Origin: Podarcis vaucheri
Lineage: Eukaryota
Length of the DNA stretch: 64,000 nt
Reading direction: 5' to 3' (one strand)
Assembly: GCA_965113315.1 (NCBI GenBank)
Contig: OZ220368.1
Positions 12,484 through 26,614 of the stretch are shown one piece after another. The notes beneath the pieces were generated by a model. That model saw nothing but the letters and a program-made list of their open reading frames with translations. It was not told where the DNA came from and did no database searches. How positions within the stretch are numbered: the stretch's first letter is position 1; every line of letters begins with the position of its first letter. The position numbers were made by a program, and so were the translations under genes.

Positions 12484-14301
12484 GTAAGTGGTTTTTTTTT
12501 TTTTTTGTTTTTTTTAAATATTCTTAATACCTTTCTGCTTCCTATCTTCATCATTTAAGTTACATTTTGAAAGAGAAAAAATTCGGTGACTGGTTAGACA
12601 AGGGAAATAATATATATAATTTAAAACAAAGAATAAATATAATACAAGAGGCTGCAGCCCTAACTCTGGTTACTTCCAAGAAAGTCCCATTGGATCCAGT
12701 AGGGCTTCCTTCTGTGTATACATGGTTAGGATTAGAAACTTTTGGAATATAAGATTTGCACTGTAAATAATATGGGGGTGTTTTACTGGAACGGAGACCA
12801 TAATGTTAATCCTCACGGAGAGCAATCACTGAATGTTTTAGGGGGTTGTGGTAAGGGTGTCTTTTAAGAAATGAAAATAGCAATAGCACAAGATGATCAG
12901 GAATCAAGGATTCATTTGAATCACTGTTAAGAAGAGAAATGTTTCTGGGTGATACCCAACATTAGTTAGAGTGGAATTGTTGAGATTAGTGAATCTAAGT
13001 AATTTATGTTCACAGACTGCAGTGAATCTACTCTGCAGTAGATGGATATTGCCTTCTGTGTGTAGCATTCCATGGCCTGGTTGGGATGGAACCATGGAGT
13101 CAGGATTTAAGGGTTCAGATTGCACAAATTCCTTGCACCCACCTCATGCATGCAGATTCCCCAACCCCCCTCTACCCAGATGCTGAAAGGTAGATTAAGA
13201 ACACTCCTGGGTTTGGTTTAACTAGAGTTAATAATGATAACCTGTAGATAGAAGGGTCAGGTAGGGAAGGAAATTCATGCACATGGGGTGGGGGTGGAGG
13301 CAGCATGTAGATTTGAGACTATTCCCTGAACACTAGCTCCTGTTACAATTAATCTGGCCCAACTGTTTAACCTTGTGCTCCTCGTTTCTACTTGTATACA
13401 ACTTTCCTCTATGCTGCAAATTGCTTATCATATAAGTGGGAAGGGAGGGAATCTCATCAGTATCCATGAAATGTCTGAGGATAGGAAGCACTTTTTTTCT
13501 GAATTTGAATAATCTAGTTAAACCTGAATCTTAGAAAATACTATTATTCACAAAGCAATTTTGATGAATGTGAAGAAAAAAATCTTTTAAAAATAGAAAC
13601 CTGATCATATGGAATAGGGTGAAAATCTAAAAGTGCCGAAGTTAGTCTTTAATCTCTCGGTGACAAAGCTGGTCTTGAAATCCCTCTTTTGATATTATCA
13701 TTAATACTTTCCTTAGCAGATATCCTGAGTATGAGGACAATTGCAGTTTGAATAAATGAAAATGCAGATTTATCTTGCTGTGGAAAGAGGGGGAGGAAAA
13801 AAAGTATTGTCAATTTCAATCATTGAAGGTTTACATGTGCAAAATGTTGTGCATATGAGAGAGAGAGAGAGCAAAACAGCCTAGTGCTCTCCAGATACGT
13901 TGAACTACAACTATCAGCCCTGGGGTAATGGAAGTTATAGTACAAAACATATGGAGGGCACCCAGTTGGGGGAGCCTGGCTTAAACAGACATTTGTCATG
14001 TGATACAGGACCAGAAATAGAAGTCCAGAGCACTTTGAATGAACAGGAGTTGACCCGTGCTTCAGATCAAAGTCTTACTTTGCATTCAAACAAATATTTC
14101 TACTTCACAAAATATTGCTGTTAAACCTAATTCTGGGATTGAAGCTACTTCAGGCCACAACTAGGCTAAATGGGCTCACTCTTGATGGTACATTGCTGTT
14201 TTATGTGCACATATTTTTGCTCTTCCCAGGGATGTAAGATACGCATGTCAAAAAGTAGGAAGTGTAATATTCCATGCATAATATGTTTTAATGGCTTGCA
14301 G

Positions 14302-14407
14302 GGCTGCCATACAAGTTTGAAGTGGGACAGATGTTGGAAGAACCTAAATGGGAATTAGTACTGGAAAAAACACGATGGATAATTGAAAAATACAGGATGT
14401 CTCATAG
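14302..14407 (+). CDS. MYSM1: MYSM1 exon ([35 protein letters not shown])
   Basis: AG/GT borders; frame-consistent. Confidence 0.92.
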
Positions 14408-14529
14408 GTGTGTGGCTGCTTGCATTTCAGAATCTTGTAGTAAGCCAGTTCCAAATTACTGTATTTGCATTTCAATAGAGAATGTTTTTATATATCGACT
14501 GATACAGTGTTGTCATGTTTTTCCAACAG

Positions 14530-14587
14530 CTGGGTGCCGATGGATAAAATCTTCCATAGAGATTCAGATTTGACCTGTCTGCAGAAG
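14530..14587 (+). CDS. MYSM1: MYSM1 exon ([19 protein letters not shown])
   Basis: AG/GT borders; 58 nt. Confidence 0.92.
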
Positions 14588-15373
14588 GTAATAATTGTAA
14601 ATACATTTCCTTCTTGTCTATAAATATCTAAAGAAGTCTAATCTTGTCTAGTTATAATAGAAATCTTAAATATTCGTGGAACTGGGTTGGAAGCAACAGG
14701 CATATGCAAAAGCAACCCAAATGTAACTAATGTTTGTTGGCTACTAATGTTTTGTGTTTTCCTTCAGGGTAGCTTGTCGTTTTGGTTTTTGCAAATGGGT
14801 TTCAAAATGTTTTCATAAAAAATGTCTTTTGATTTAATTGTTACATTTGAGGATGGGCTACGAAGTAGGATGTTTTCCTGTCATGGGTATCATTTTAGGT
14901 GCCTGTCTCTTAATAGTGGAATGGGTGTCTTACATAGGCAGTGAAAAACAAATTTTAGATGGTGCTGTGCGGAATTGTTTTTCTTGGACTGTAGATAGAG
15001 ATATCCACAAATTAAAGGGGTTCTTTTGCTTTGGTCACTTTTGCATGGATTTTGGTAGAGGATACTTAGAGAGTTATGAAAGTTTGTGACAAGTTGCACA
15101 TATAATAGTACATGTTAGTAAATTTTAAAGTTCAAATGTGTTAACACACAGTAGGATTATTCACTCCTTTGACAGTTCTTTGAACAGAAGCCAGCTGTTG
15201 GATGAATGAAAGATCTGTGTAAGTGGTCAGATACAGTTGAATTAGTGCTAACATATATAAAGCAAGTCCTCAGGGTATTCGGATTAAGGAATACCAATAG
15301 ATTGGTGATGGCTTTTCTTCCTAAATGTTACTTCAATGCTGGTTTGTTTGTTTTTCCTTTGATCTGAAACTAG

Positions 15374-15538
15374 TTGTTGGAGTGTATGAGGAAGACTCTA
15401 GGCAATGTGGCAAATAGTTTCATCGCTGAAGAATTCCTGGCACAGCTAGAAAACTTATTCCTTTCAACATACAATAGTGAGAAATGGAATGATACTACTG
15501 AAGAAAATAGCATGTGTCCAAATGACCTGCCAATATGA
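15374..15538 (+). CDS. MYSM1: MYSM1 terminal coding exon ([10 protein letters not shown]...PNDLPI*)
   Basis: Completes the LQK|LL LxxLL motif; TGA at 15536-15538. Confidence 0.9.
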   Translation: MLECMRKTLGNVANSFIAEEFLAQLENLFLSTYNSEKWNDTTEENSMCPNDLPI

Positions 15539-16926
15539 TAGTGCTGAAAAGAATAAATGCTCACTTTATTATAAAGTGTCCATTCTTGAACGTGACAGCA
15601 TCCACTGCGGGTCAAGAAAATGACTGTTACTGAAAGACAGTGTGAAACAATCATGACAAACTATCTGATCTCTGACATAACTTCTAATCTTCTGAAATTA
15701 TGGTTGTGTTGCAAAGAGATGAATGAACTACTTGGCAGCCCACCACTTGGATAAAACAGTTGCGCCATTTGTTGCCCAAATAGCTGAAGTGATAGTGTTC
15801 TGCTTGGACCAAGAGCTATTAGAAATTTGATGTTAACATAAATTAGTTATATTGCCTACCTTGTGCCATTTTAGGGAACACCCCTGTGTTATACATTTCA
15901 ATGTCTAATGTAATCTGCAAGCACATTTTGTCCAGCGGATAAACTGAGTTGTATTGCACATTGCTGAAATCGGGAAAGGATGGAAAACCACAAGACAACA
16001 ATGATATGATTTCTCATTGAGCATCTCAGCCTTGAGTTTCTCACTTGATTCATGATTCAAGAGGCTTACTGCTTTCAACAGAAGTCTGCAATAGCAAAAC
16101 AATATTGGACTAATAAATCCTTCATATCAAATTCTTCTATCCAGATTAATTGTATAGATTTGCAGAGTTTGGGTGGCCTTGTTCATTTCTCAAGAACTAG
16201 GGAAAGAAGGCTGAGACTTTCCAACAGAAATTAAGAATTGTGCTTAAAACATTCCCTTGACCCTTGGGTATCACAACTCAGAATATGTACTAAATATGAA
16301 AGACATACAAAGGAGTAAGAAATTTTCTGAAGGATTATATAATTTTATTCTTGAATCCCAGGTGGACCTTTTTTTTTTTTACCTTGTGGAAGTTATGGAT
16401 GAATGTGCAACATGTTCCACTTTAGCCCCTTTAGTTCAGTATTAGAATATATTTGACTCCGTAATCATCTGCATGCAAGGGACCCTATATGATAGTGCAC
16501 TAGGTGTATTTGCATTGCTTTTGAAATATTACCTGTTACTTGACTCCTTAGACCATTACGACTTCCAAGTTGCATGTGATCCAATGCCTCATCTTCCCCG
16601 TTGAAATTCTAGCATATTGCTAAATAATATCTGGGAATTCCTCTGGATTGGAATATCCAAAACCATAGTTTGTTTTACAGAGTTATGTGATAATCATATT
16701 GCAGCTTCTAAATTTTATTGTTTACATCCTTATTGTAAATCTGCATATTGCCTAGGACAGCAATGTAAATATTGTATATTTGTACAGAAGAGAATTACTG
16801 GACTATTTGACCCTCATATAAAAGCACAATACAGGTATATTTGCCCGTGATGTCTTTATCAGGAATTGAGAAGGATTTTATCATTAAAACAATGCAAAGA
16901 TCTCTTGTTGCTCACATTGCCCCTTC

Positions 16927-16932
16927 AATAAA
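16927..16932 (+). terminator. Candidate MYSM1 polyadenylation signal (a proximal AATAAA is at 15552-15557)
   Basis: AATAAA followed about 20 nt later by GT-rich tgttgtttggg. Confidence 0.4.
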
Positions 16933-18936
16933 TTGTGTGAAGATGATTTCAATGTTGTTTGGGTTCAAATTTCTGTACATAAAAAAATGAAAAAATCCCA
17001 CGAACATTGCAGATTTGTTTTTCTCTCATAGATTTGCATTTAGGAGCATCATTTTGTATCAAATAAGTACTAAGTGTCCTGGGGTTCAGCTAAACAGTAC
17101 AAGATCAATTTCAATTTCTAATTGCACATATTTCAAACTTTGGGTCAAAAAGCCAGGCAGACTTTGTTGCTTGTTCGTTGTGTGTAAATATTAAGGTTTT
17201 GCACCGGCCACAAGATTTGGTTTTCATCCTGATTTGGCATTTATTTGGAAATTGGACTGCTTCATAGTTTGTCTGAGTCAGTTCTGGGTCCAAATTTGCT
17301 TTAGAAAAATGAAGCTTAAGTCGGCCTATCGTTAATCAAAAGTGGCTGAGGATTTTCTTCTTTTCTTTTGACAGAATTAGATAACATCTTTAGCCAAAGT
17401 AGCCCCTCCAGAGTGCATATAGCCTGCCAAATCAGACAAATTGGTCAAGGATTTATTGTGCTGGACACCTTTACAATTTGATATATTTTTTAAAAAAGAG
17501 AAACATCTATAGTTTTTTTTGGGGGGGGGAATTGGATGAAATCTACAGGTATGACAGACTCTTCTGAAGGAATGTATTCTGCTAAATTGCGTAAGGATCA
17601 CTCCAGTGGTTTTTCTGAAAGGGGAAACCATTTTACAGTTTGGGAAAGGTGCCCCTCCGGTAAGAAACCTGCCCAGTCGCAGACAAATAGTGCCAGGGGG
17701 CTTTGTGGTAGGCACATTTAAAGTTGATTTTTGTGGAGAACTATACATTGCAACCACTTGGTTTGGTGTGCAATAATTTTTAATGGAAATAGAAAAGGTG
17801 CTCCATGGAAAGTAACCTGCAAAATTTCAAGCAAACCGCTGTAGCAAAGAGGACAGAACAGAAAGGAGCAAGGTGATAAATTTGACATCCCTTCACCAAA
17901 GCACTGTGATTGGAGAGCCTTGGTATAATAATTCCCTCTGATTTCAAGTTAGGCGTGTCTGTCACAAAAGAGCTCTCCACATCCTAGTGGACCTTGAGGA
18001 AAATGCTTCAGTTTCTGGAGACACGATGCCATAGTTTAACATCTCAATCTCTGAAGTGTTTCATCAGTCCTCTGTTTAGGATACACTGAAGAGATGCCCC
18101 TTTGGCTCAGACAAGCCCAGAATCTTCCTGAAGCAGCCCCACTTTGGTTCTTCATTTGGGAATTACCTGAATTGTTTGCACACCCCTAATAAATACTCCG
18201 TCGTTACAGCATTTAGCCCTCTCTGACACAGGAAAAGAATCAGTTCCTAAACAATTATGAGCAGGCTGTTTGCAGTATCTCTTTGCAAGGGCTTTATTTT
18301 GCGAAGCAAAATAAACCGTATGACATCTTTATTTTACAACATCTGAAGATGAGAATTATCACTTCTTAGAACCATACATTCTGGCACCAGTGAGCAAGTT
18401 CAGGCTATTTTTATTTTCCTACCAATTTCTTTTTTCTGGGGGGGGGGGAATTAAAATTTTGTGTAAATATTACAATGGCTGAAATTAGCTGTGGTTGAAA
18501 CCTGGATGAAGCCAGCAGAGGGAGCTATGTGACAACTAATTTAAAGGAGTGACTCCTTATAATGTCCCAGTTAACCCAACATTGAAATACTTTGGGCTTT
18601 TCAATTACTAGTACCTACATGGAATCATAGTTGGAAGGTGCCATATAGTCCAAACTCTTGCAATTCATGAATCTTTCACCCAATGTAGAGGCTTATATGG
18701 ACAGAAATGCTCTTTCTAGAACTACAACAGTAAAGTGCTGAAGTAGTTAGCATTTTACCAGTTATTGCAGCTACTTGATTCTACCCCTCGGATTTCTGCT
18801 AATAATAATAATTAATAAAACAAACACCTATCTGTCTCGGTGTCACCCAGCAAAATATTAAAAACACAATGAAACATCAGCCATTAAACACTCCCCTGAA
18901 CAGGACTGCCTTTAGATGTCTTCTAAAAGTCAAATA

Positions 18937-19165
18937 CAGTGGTACCTCAGGTTAAGAACTTAATTTGTTCTAGAGGTCCGTTCTTAACCTGAAACTGTTC
19001 TTAACCTGAGGTACCACTTTAGCTAATGGAGCCTCCCGCTGCTGCTGCCGCACCACCACCGCACGATTTTTGTTCTCACCCTGAAGCAAAGTTCTTAACC
19101 CGAGGTACTATTTCTGGGTTAGCAGAGTGTGTAACCTGAAGCGTCTGTAACCCAAGGTACCACTG
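18937..19165. mobile_element. Tigger-like MITE, nested in an L2 3' relic (~18800-19210, - strand)
   Basis: CAGTGGTACCT...AGGTACCACTG termini with TA TSD; same family at 41425, 42967 and 43940. Confidence 0.85.
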
Positions 19166-20151
19166 TAGTTGTTTATCTGTTTGACATCTGATGGGAGGGC
19201 ATTCCACAGCTGTATCTCCAAACCAGAAAATTTGGACCTCAGCAAATTCAAGGCTGCACCTGAGTTCTGTTAGGTTCTAACTAAAATTCAGGCTGCAAAA
19301 TGAGCTTCAAACTGTTTCGCTGACCCTCCCCTTAGAAGGAGGTCGCCATCCAAAGACTGGGGAGAGATTCCCAGCCATCAGGAGACATAGGTGTTTTTGT
19401 TTTTCGTCCACTCAGTTGCCCAGTAATAGGCTTGCTCACTCACAGTAATTAAGCTGGTCAAAATTCACAGCACTAGTCTCTTAACTCAGTAATAAAAGGC
19501 TTACATAAGCTTGGCATCAGTGTGTCAAAAGATAAAGAGGCCGGAAAAGATAAGGCGTGTAATAAGCAGGAAGTCATCCAAACTGCCCTGACTCACTTTA
19601 TAAGCCTCTGACCTAATGGAGGTGAGACGCAGGAAGATGGGAGGCAAGAAAAGTGGTTCAGTGGCTGTCGCTTTTTGGACATGCAGCTGAATATTAGATC
19701 AGAAGTGCAGTAACAACAAGCAAATGATCAGATGTGTAGTAACATTTACTCAAATCCTGGGTAGTAGGCATAATGAGGAGTGGTAGCTGGTTGCATTAAA
19801 TCTAAATAGGTGTGTTTGTGGGGTGGTGGTGACTAGTGAGATGGGTTCTTCTGTTCCTCTTCCAGGCTGGAAGCCACAGCACTGCAGCTTCATCCTGCAC
19901 TTAACATGGCAGCACAAAAAGGCCAAGAGACCTTCTGTGTGAAGATTCTTCCCCATGCCAGCCCTTGCATTTTCCAGCAGCTTGATGCTAACGTGTGGCA
20001 TGGTATGCCACTCACGCATGCACCCAGAGCTTGTTACGCCAATAGTCTGGGACAGGAACTGTCTTGGGTTTCAAAATAGCATTAAAGAAAGGTGGAAGAG
20101 TCAAGGATACAGAGTTTAAGGGTGATTAGCAGTTCATACCCAGCTACTGGA

Positions 20152-20288
20152 CCAGTTATTCCCAACCTTTGGCCCTCCAGATGTTTTGGACTACAATTCC
20201 CATCATCCCTGACCACTGGTCCTGTTAGCTAGGGATCATGGGAGTTGTAGGCCAAAACATCTGGAAGGTTGCAGACTGGGGATGCCTG
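20152..20288. mobile_element. Palindromic hAT-like MITE (GGACTACAACTCCC family)
   Basis: Inverted arms ccagatgttttggactacaattccc / gggagttgtaggccaaaacatctgg; related copies near 13880-13980, 25235-25372, 39055-39180, 48410-48628 and 51440-51555. Confidence 0.65.
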
Positions 20289-21334
20289 TACTGGACCAAT
20301 GCTTCAGAGTTATTTAGGCTGCAAGCCAGTGCACAGTTACCTGGGAGGAAATCCCACAGAACTCAGCGGCAAAGCCTTCTGATGGATGGGATTCAGCTAT
20401 TAGAAATAATCCTGATGTGTTGTCCCTTAGCTTTGTGTTCTCCATCAGATAATTTAAGTGAGAAAAGTCTCTATGTTTTTTAGCAGAAATTTATTTTGAA
20501 AAGGAGCTTTCTGGAGATAAAATGGTGTTGTTTGTAGGGCAAAATCCTACCAGTTCTTTTTAAGGGCTAAAGCAAGACCCAGGTATGTCAAGTTTTTTAA
20601 TACTTAGGGTGATTTTTCACTTAAGTGTTGCTTAGAATTAATGAACCTAACTTATGCTGTTCAATGAATTCTATGCATCTGCTCTGATTAAACTCCACCC
20701 TTAGTGTGTCCTAGGTGAGATTTGCACCACTGAGCCGCATGTTCTTGACCACTGTGGTTGTTTCCAGACAGAAGCTTGATATTTGAGAAAATACGTTGGC
20801 ATTTTGATTCAGATGATGTATGGATGTGCCAAGCCTGTAGTAAACACCCATCAGCAAGCCCCCTGTATTATAATGGGCTCTTAAATGGTAGTGTCTTCCA
20901 TGGATTATTCTTTCATAGGAGAGTTTGTAAAAACGAATTAGGCTTGCCTAATCATAGTTCAGGATTGGATTGAATCCAAAGTATAGTATTATCCAGGATT
21001 CATGTAGAATGAGATGTATTTACCAAGCCAATTGCATCTTCCAATTAATTATGGTTCTCACTAGTTGCTGAGTGACTTGTAAAAAGGAAGCAGAATGGAG
21101 ACCAAGCCATCTCATTCACTTCTCGACTTCACCCACTCTTGTAAAAGTAGATATATGGATCTGGACTTGTTAAGCCAGAATAAGATAAATTGCACACATA
21201 CTGACAAGCTGTATGGTTAAAACAATTTGGAAAGCGTTTACAGTGAGCCCTGCCATGTGTGGATTCAGTTAAGAGCACACCCTGGGGAAACCCCATAGAA
21301 AGAACAGTGTGATATTGTTGCAAATACTTTACTT

Positions 21335-21760
21335 ATTTATATGAATTCTTATCCACTCTGTACCACAAAGGCCCAGGAAGGGTTACAACAATAAAATATA
21401 CCATTATAAAACAAAACAGTGACAAACCACAAGAAAAGTGTAAAAGCTATTAAAAACAGTTCCACATATAAAAAGGAAGGAAGGTTTGTTTCCAATGCTG
21501 GCCTTTGGAGACTCATTGAAGTTAATGAACGTGGCTGTCTTAGATTCATGAATTTCAATAGGCCTACTCTGAGTAGGACTAGCAACCCAAACATTTAATT
21601 TTATATATAAAGTGCTTAAAAATAGTTTGAATGCAGATGCAAGCTGGCATACATATCTCCACTTAAAGGCTTGTTGAAAGAAGATCTCCAGCAGGCGCTG
21701 TAAAGATGGTGCCAAAAGACAGACAGACAGTGCTATTCTCTGATCCTCGTGATAGGATCA
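21335..21760 (-). mobile_element. L2 LINE 3' relic
   Basis: tttatttata...aaggcccaggaagggttacaa tail pattern and aaaggcttgttgaaagaagatctccagcaggcg body. Confidence 0.45.
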
Positions 21761-24700
21761 GAACCACTGTAAAACTGCCTCCTATACCCATCTCACTAGG
21801 GCTTATCGACACCTCTGTTTGTCCCATTGCTTTTGCCTGGGGGAACCCGATCTTTAGCGCAGAATCGGAATAAACAGCAATCAGATTTTCTGTGGATTGC
21901 TGTTTGATCCAATTTAGCACTAAAGAGTGAGTTTCCCAGGGGGAAGTGGTGGGGCAAAGACAAAATCACTTGGATTTGTGTCTAGAAAGTGCAGGTCAAG
22001 CAGAAAACCGCTTGGACCTGTGCTTTCTAGGAACAGGACAAGTAGAAGTGTGGACTAGCCCTTAGCTGGCTCATAAGGATACCAGGAGCAATGGCATCAA
22101 ATATCACTAAGATACTGAGTAAGAATAACAGTGCGACACTCACCCTCACTTTCTTCCAATAAAGCCCAACCATCCGGCCAGGGCTGATTCAGTTCCATAG
22201 TCAGGCCTGAACCCAAATTGGAGCGGGCCAAGCTACTCTTAGATGAAACATCATTTGCCTTTGTCTCACCATAGCCCTCTCAATCAGCTTTCCTCCAGTA
22301 TCGGTATTTATGATCAGGCAGTTCTCAGAAACCAAGAGGTCCAGGCAGTGCTTTTTCAGGAGTACCTGGGTTTCAAGATGACCAGGGCTACTATCTCCTG
22401 CAAAATTGCATTGACCATCCCCTAGATCCCCCTGGCCACCCCCCTTGGGAAGATTTGATAAACTAAGAGGGGCAAGAATCAAGGGAACATGTTCTTCGCT
22501 CCGTCATCATGTCATCTGACCCCAGCAGCTGAAACTGGTCCCACGATGGTTCTGTAGACCTTGCACTGGACATCTCACTGAAGATGTAAATGTGGCATCA
22601 GGATTGCTATGAAGGTGAGTAACTTTACCCTGAATGCCTTATAAACAGATCACAGCGGGCTTCTGAAGGGTGTAAAACTCCCCGGAGTAGATGTTAACAG
22701 GCCCTGGACATTGAGAGCACTTGGTGTTTTATATGGTAAATTTGTGGAAGAAATAAGACTGATCTCTCCACCCTTTTCCATCTGTTTTTTTCTGCTGGCG
22801 ATGTACTGTTGGTATATTCTAGACTTTGACTTGTTTGCCTCCATATGTACTTCAGAAATAATAATACTCAACATTTGCATAATGCTTTCAAGGTACTTCA
22901 TAAGCATTATGAACCTGCAATCGGTGAAACAAACTTGAAAAGTAAGTCATTATAATTATTTCCCCATACTACAGGTGAGGGAATTGCTGATGACGGAGTG
23001 AGTGGCCTTCTAAAGGCCACCTATTGACTTCCTCAAACCGGGGACTTCCTGATGGCAGTCAGTCATTTAATTACCATGCTATAGTGCCAAAGTGGCAGAA
23101 TAGACAAGTACCTCCTCATATTCCTCCTATATATCCGGTGGGATATATGCTTGGTGGATGGGGGTGCCATGCAAAATAGAAAACCAGCACTGTGGTCGAA
23201 TTTTCCTCCATGACATGCTAGGTTTCTGTTTGCAGGGAGGGCTTTTTTATTTTATTTTAAAGAAGACAGAGGACCTTTTGCTTGCAGTGGTGCAGTCAGT
23301 TCTGCCACCTTAGCAGTTTGTCACTTTATCCTGCTATGTGAGTACACCAGGCCTGTGTCCAGGGGCTCATTTTGATGGCAATAAATCTCTGATGAAGTAT
23401 GAAATGATCCTGTTGTCCTGCTTCTCAGCTCTCTGGCTGCTGTTTCCGGTTACTCCTCTTTTTTTACTGTCACTCCCTAGACACCTTTCATCAGCAGAAG
23501 AACCCTAATGACTTTGCCTGGTATTCCCCTAGCATTTCCTGGCCCCACCCCTATTTTCTACCTACTCTCCAGAGAATGTTGGTATCTGTGATGTAAAAAC
23601 ACACCCAGACGGATCATAGAAAGAGTCGTCTCCTGCGGAAAGATTTTAGTGGCTCCAGCAACTATGAGTAGGGCAGGTGGTGCCCTCCATACATTTTGGA
23701 GGGCATATTCACTGGGGTTGATGAGAATTGTGGGCCAAATTTCTGGAGAGCACACTGTTGGGGAAGATAAATGGAAGGATAGTCAAGAGCTGGGTTTGGA
23801 TATATTTCGTCCCAAACCAATATATGCCAGAGTCAGTTCTATGAATTAACTGGATATGTACTTTACCCCGAGCCTTTAAAAAAGAAAGAGCAGAGTCTTT
23901 CGTTAGCGATTTCTCAGTGCACAACAGAAAGCATGTTAGAGCAACCTTTAGCACACATCCACCACCTCTGCAGTGGTTGTGTAAACTTGGTCTTGGGTGA
24001 GTTGTTGTGACAGTGGTAAGCGGAAGACAGGTTTTCTTACAGTGCAAAAACCCCTTAGAAATCAGAATCCCATTGAGTTCAGTGGGTGTTCATTCCCAAA
24101 TAAGTGGCATTGCAGCCTTAAAGAGTGCATGTGTGTGTTTAATTTGGTGTACATGCACTATTTTATTCTAGAATCAATGGAGCCTGGGTACTTTTTTCCC
24201 TATGCAGTCCACACACAGTCTAGATCTACTGCATATTTCTGCCCCCTAGAAAGGGGCTTCCTGAGAAACTGGTTTCTTTCAAAAAAAATAAAAATAAAAG
24301 CTCATTCCAGGTTGGTTCTAGTCCCCCACCCCTAACATATGGGCTTTGAATTTTGCATTAGGCTTAAAAGGGGGCATATGTGTATACAAATACATGCAGA
24401 CAGGGCTTCTCTGAGCAAGTGGGAACCTTGACTAGCCAGCCCTGTTGGAAGTTCAGTAGGGACCAATCCAAAGGCAGGAGCTTCTCCAACTTTGTGTGGA
24501 GCAGTTTGGGAGGACCCTGAAGAACTGAATGGGAGGGAACTGCTTAAAACCAAAGTGCATGTCTGGAGGTCCATATGCAGCTCTTTGAATCATGCCCCAC
24601 ATCTGAGATCCCAGCAGTCAAAGGGTGGCAGTTTTCATTGTGTTTTTTGACCACTTTGAGATCCGTAGCCCCCACCCAAGCTGCTGTCTCCATGGTACCT

Positions 24701-25947
24701 TTGGGGGGAGGATGACTATTTAACCAGACATGCCTGCTGTTTGGATCTTAGCCTCTCTGTCTGCTAGAATGCCACCTATGAAATAATTACTCAGAGTTTT
24801 GATTGCAAAATGCCTCCTGAAACTTCCCTGATGATATTAATCATTGTATTTTTAACTTTGCAAAGCTCAAGTGAAAGTTACTGTGTCTTATATTGGCTAA
24901 GCTTGGAACATTTCAAAAGGAGCAGGTTATGCAGTGACCATCCACAAGGAGCAGAAACATGTTTTGTTTTAAAATGAGATGAAAAGCCAATCCATCAAGG
25001 ATGTGAAATAACACCAATTTTGAAGATTGTATTGGACAACAAGAACCCTACAGGAAAGACTAGCTTAAGCCGCATGCCCTTGTGGTTTGACACAAAAATG
25101 GGCCTATGGGTCCCTGGAGTAATGTGTTTTATGTGTACAGAGGGCAGGTTTGGATGGCCATAGCAGAGGACAATGGTAAAGAATCCTGAAACCTAATAGA
25201 AGAAGAAACTGTAATGGATGTTATTGTGTTAAAACAGCCTGTACCAATATGGTGCCCTCCAGGCGATGAAACTACAACTCCCATTAGCCCCAGTGAGTAC
25301 AGCCATGCTGCCCAGAGATGATGGGAGTTGTAGGCCAAAACACTTGGAGAGCACCCTGGTCAACAAAGGCTGAATGCCCCTCGCTGATATAGAGTTATTT
25401 GTGCTGTTGTTTTCAATCTTAATCCCGCTCCCTGATGTAATTTCAGGACTGGACAGGGCCTCTCCATGAGGGTCAAAGCAACAGACATCAGTGGTATGGA
25501 GAACAGCATTTCCTAAGAGTTGATTGTGAAATGATGGCCACTTCACACATTACACACAGGGAAAGACACTCACAGGGCACACTTAAATAGGGAGCTATGG
25601 CCAGTCATAACTACTCCAATCCACACTTTTGGTGTACTGTATGATTGAATTTTATTAGGTATACACTTTTAAAAAGCGATAGAAGGCAGTGAAACCCCCA
25701 TTAGAGGAAGGCAGTTACCGTGGCTGGTGGTGGGAGTTGTCATCCCAACAAAATCTACAGAGGACCAGGTTGGGATTGGCTGCTTTGGGCATTCCAAAAA
25801 TTTTAGGTATAACACGGCTTCCAGAACTGTCCTATTGTTTGCTCACCCCCTCTGTCTTTCTTACCATAGTCTGGTGGATTATCCATGGAAATGGCTCAGC
25901 ATTACATCTTGACACATCTTGAATCACTTGACACATAATGAGGATTC

Positions 25948-25990
25948 TAAAAAGAAAAGAAAAGAAAAGAAAAGAAAAGAAAAGAAAAGA
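25948..25990. repeat. (AAAAG)n microsatellite
   Basis: Direct reading. Confidence 0.95.
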
Positions 25991-26267
25991 GGGTGTTCTG
26001 GAGGCTGTGATCTCTTTCACTTTACCTCCTGTCTACTATGAGTACTGACCACTGGAGCTACTGTTTGTCTTCCCTGTTTAGTAGGCCTCCTGGGCTGAAC
26101 AGAATGGAGGGCTGACTGGGCTTGGCCTCACAGTAGCCTCTAACCCAGCACTTATGCATAGTTTGGCCCATGGGGTAGGCACGTTTCTATTTGCAAGAGC
26201 TTAATGTAGTATTGGTTTCTGTGTTTCTGGCATGATGTGCTTCCTCCTTCAGTGGGAGGAAAGAAAA

Positions 26268-26370
26268 GCAGGTGGTGGTGGTGGAAGTCTTGGCCATTAT
26301 TGCTGGAATTACCTCACTTGTGATTACCAGGAGGCGAGGCCGAGGGTAGGGAAGTATGAGAAGGCAGAGA
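26268..26370 (+). pseudogene. Degenerate TACSTD2/EPCAM-like fragment (transmembrane helix plus cytoplasmic tail)
   Basis: VVVVEVLAIIAGITSLVITRRR, then frameshift/stop, then GKYEKAE; aligns to 27404-27500 (52/66 and 19/22 nt identical by hand count). Confidence 0.85.
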
Positions 26371-26429
26371 GTTGCTGCCACTCCCTACTGAAGAAGGCGC
26401 AGCTCTCTTGGTCTGTGGGTTTTCTGTGT

Positions 26430-26535
26430 CACCACACACCTGCTTTGTTTGAGCGTCACCAGCCAGACTGGTTGGGCAGGTCCGATGGTAGAAAGAGAGG
26501 CAGCTGTCCCGCCCTATCACTCAGAAACCGGGAGG
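26430..26535 (+). promoter_or_regulatory. Putative TACSTD2 proximal promoter
   Basis: CACCTG E-box (~26437), GRHL-like AGACTGGTT (~26465) and GC box CCCGCCC (26508-26514), 80-180 nt upstream of the ATG. Confidence 0.35.
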
Positions 26536-26614
26536 CTCTTGTTGTGGATGTGTCTTGTCTTCAGGCTGCTGTGTTGCCCTGTCTCTCCCTAAAGACCTCT
26601 TTTGTTCATCCTCC

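Noticed and set aside
19268-19744. Possible solo LTR (TGTTA...TAACA with AATAAA)
   Set aside because: No matching TSD found, so support is insufficient.
26555-26614. 20-codon N-terminal extension of the TACSTD2 ORF
   Set aside because: Begins at a non-ATG codon; the ATG at 26615 directly opens a signal peptide.
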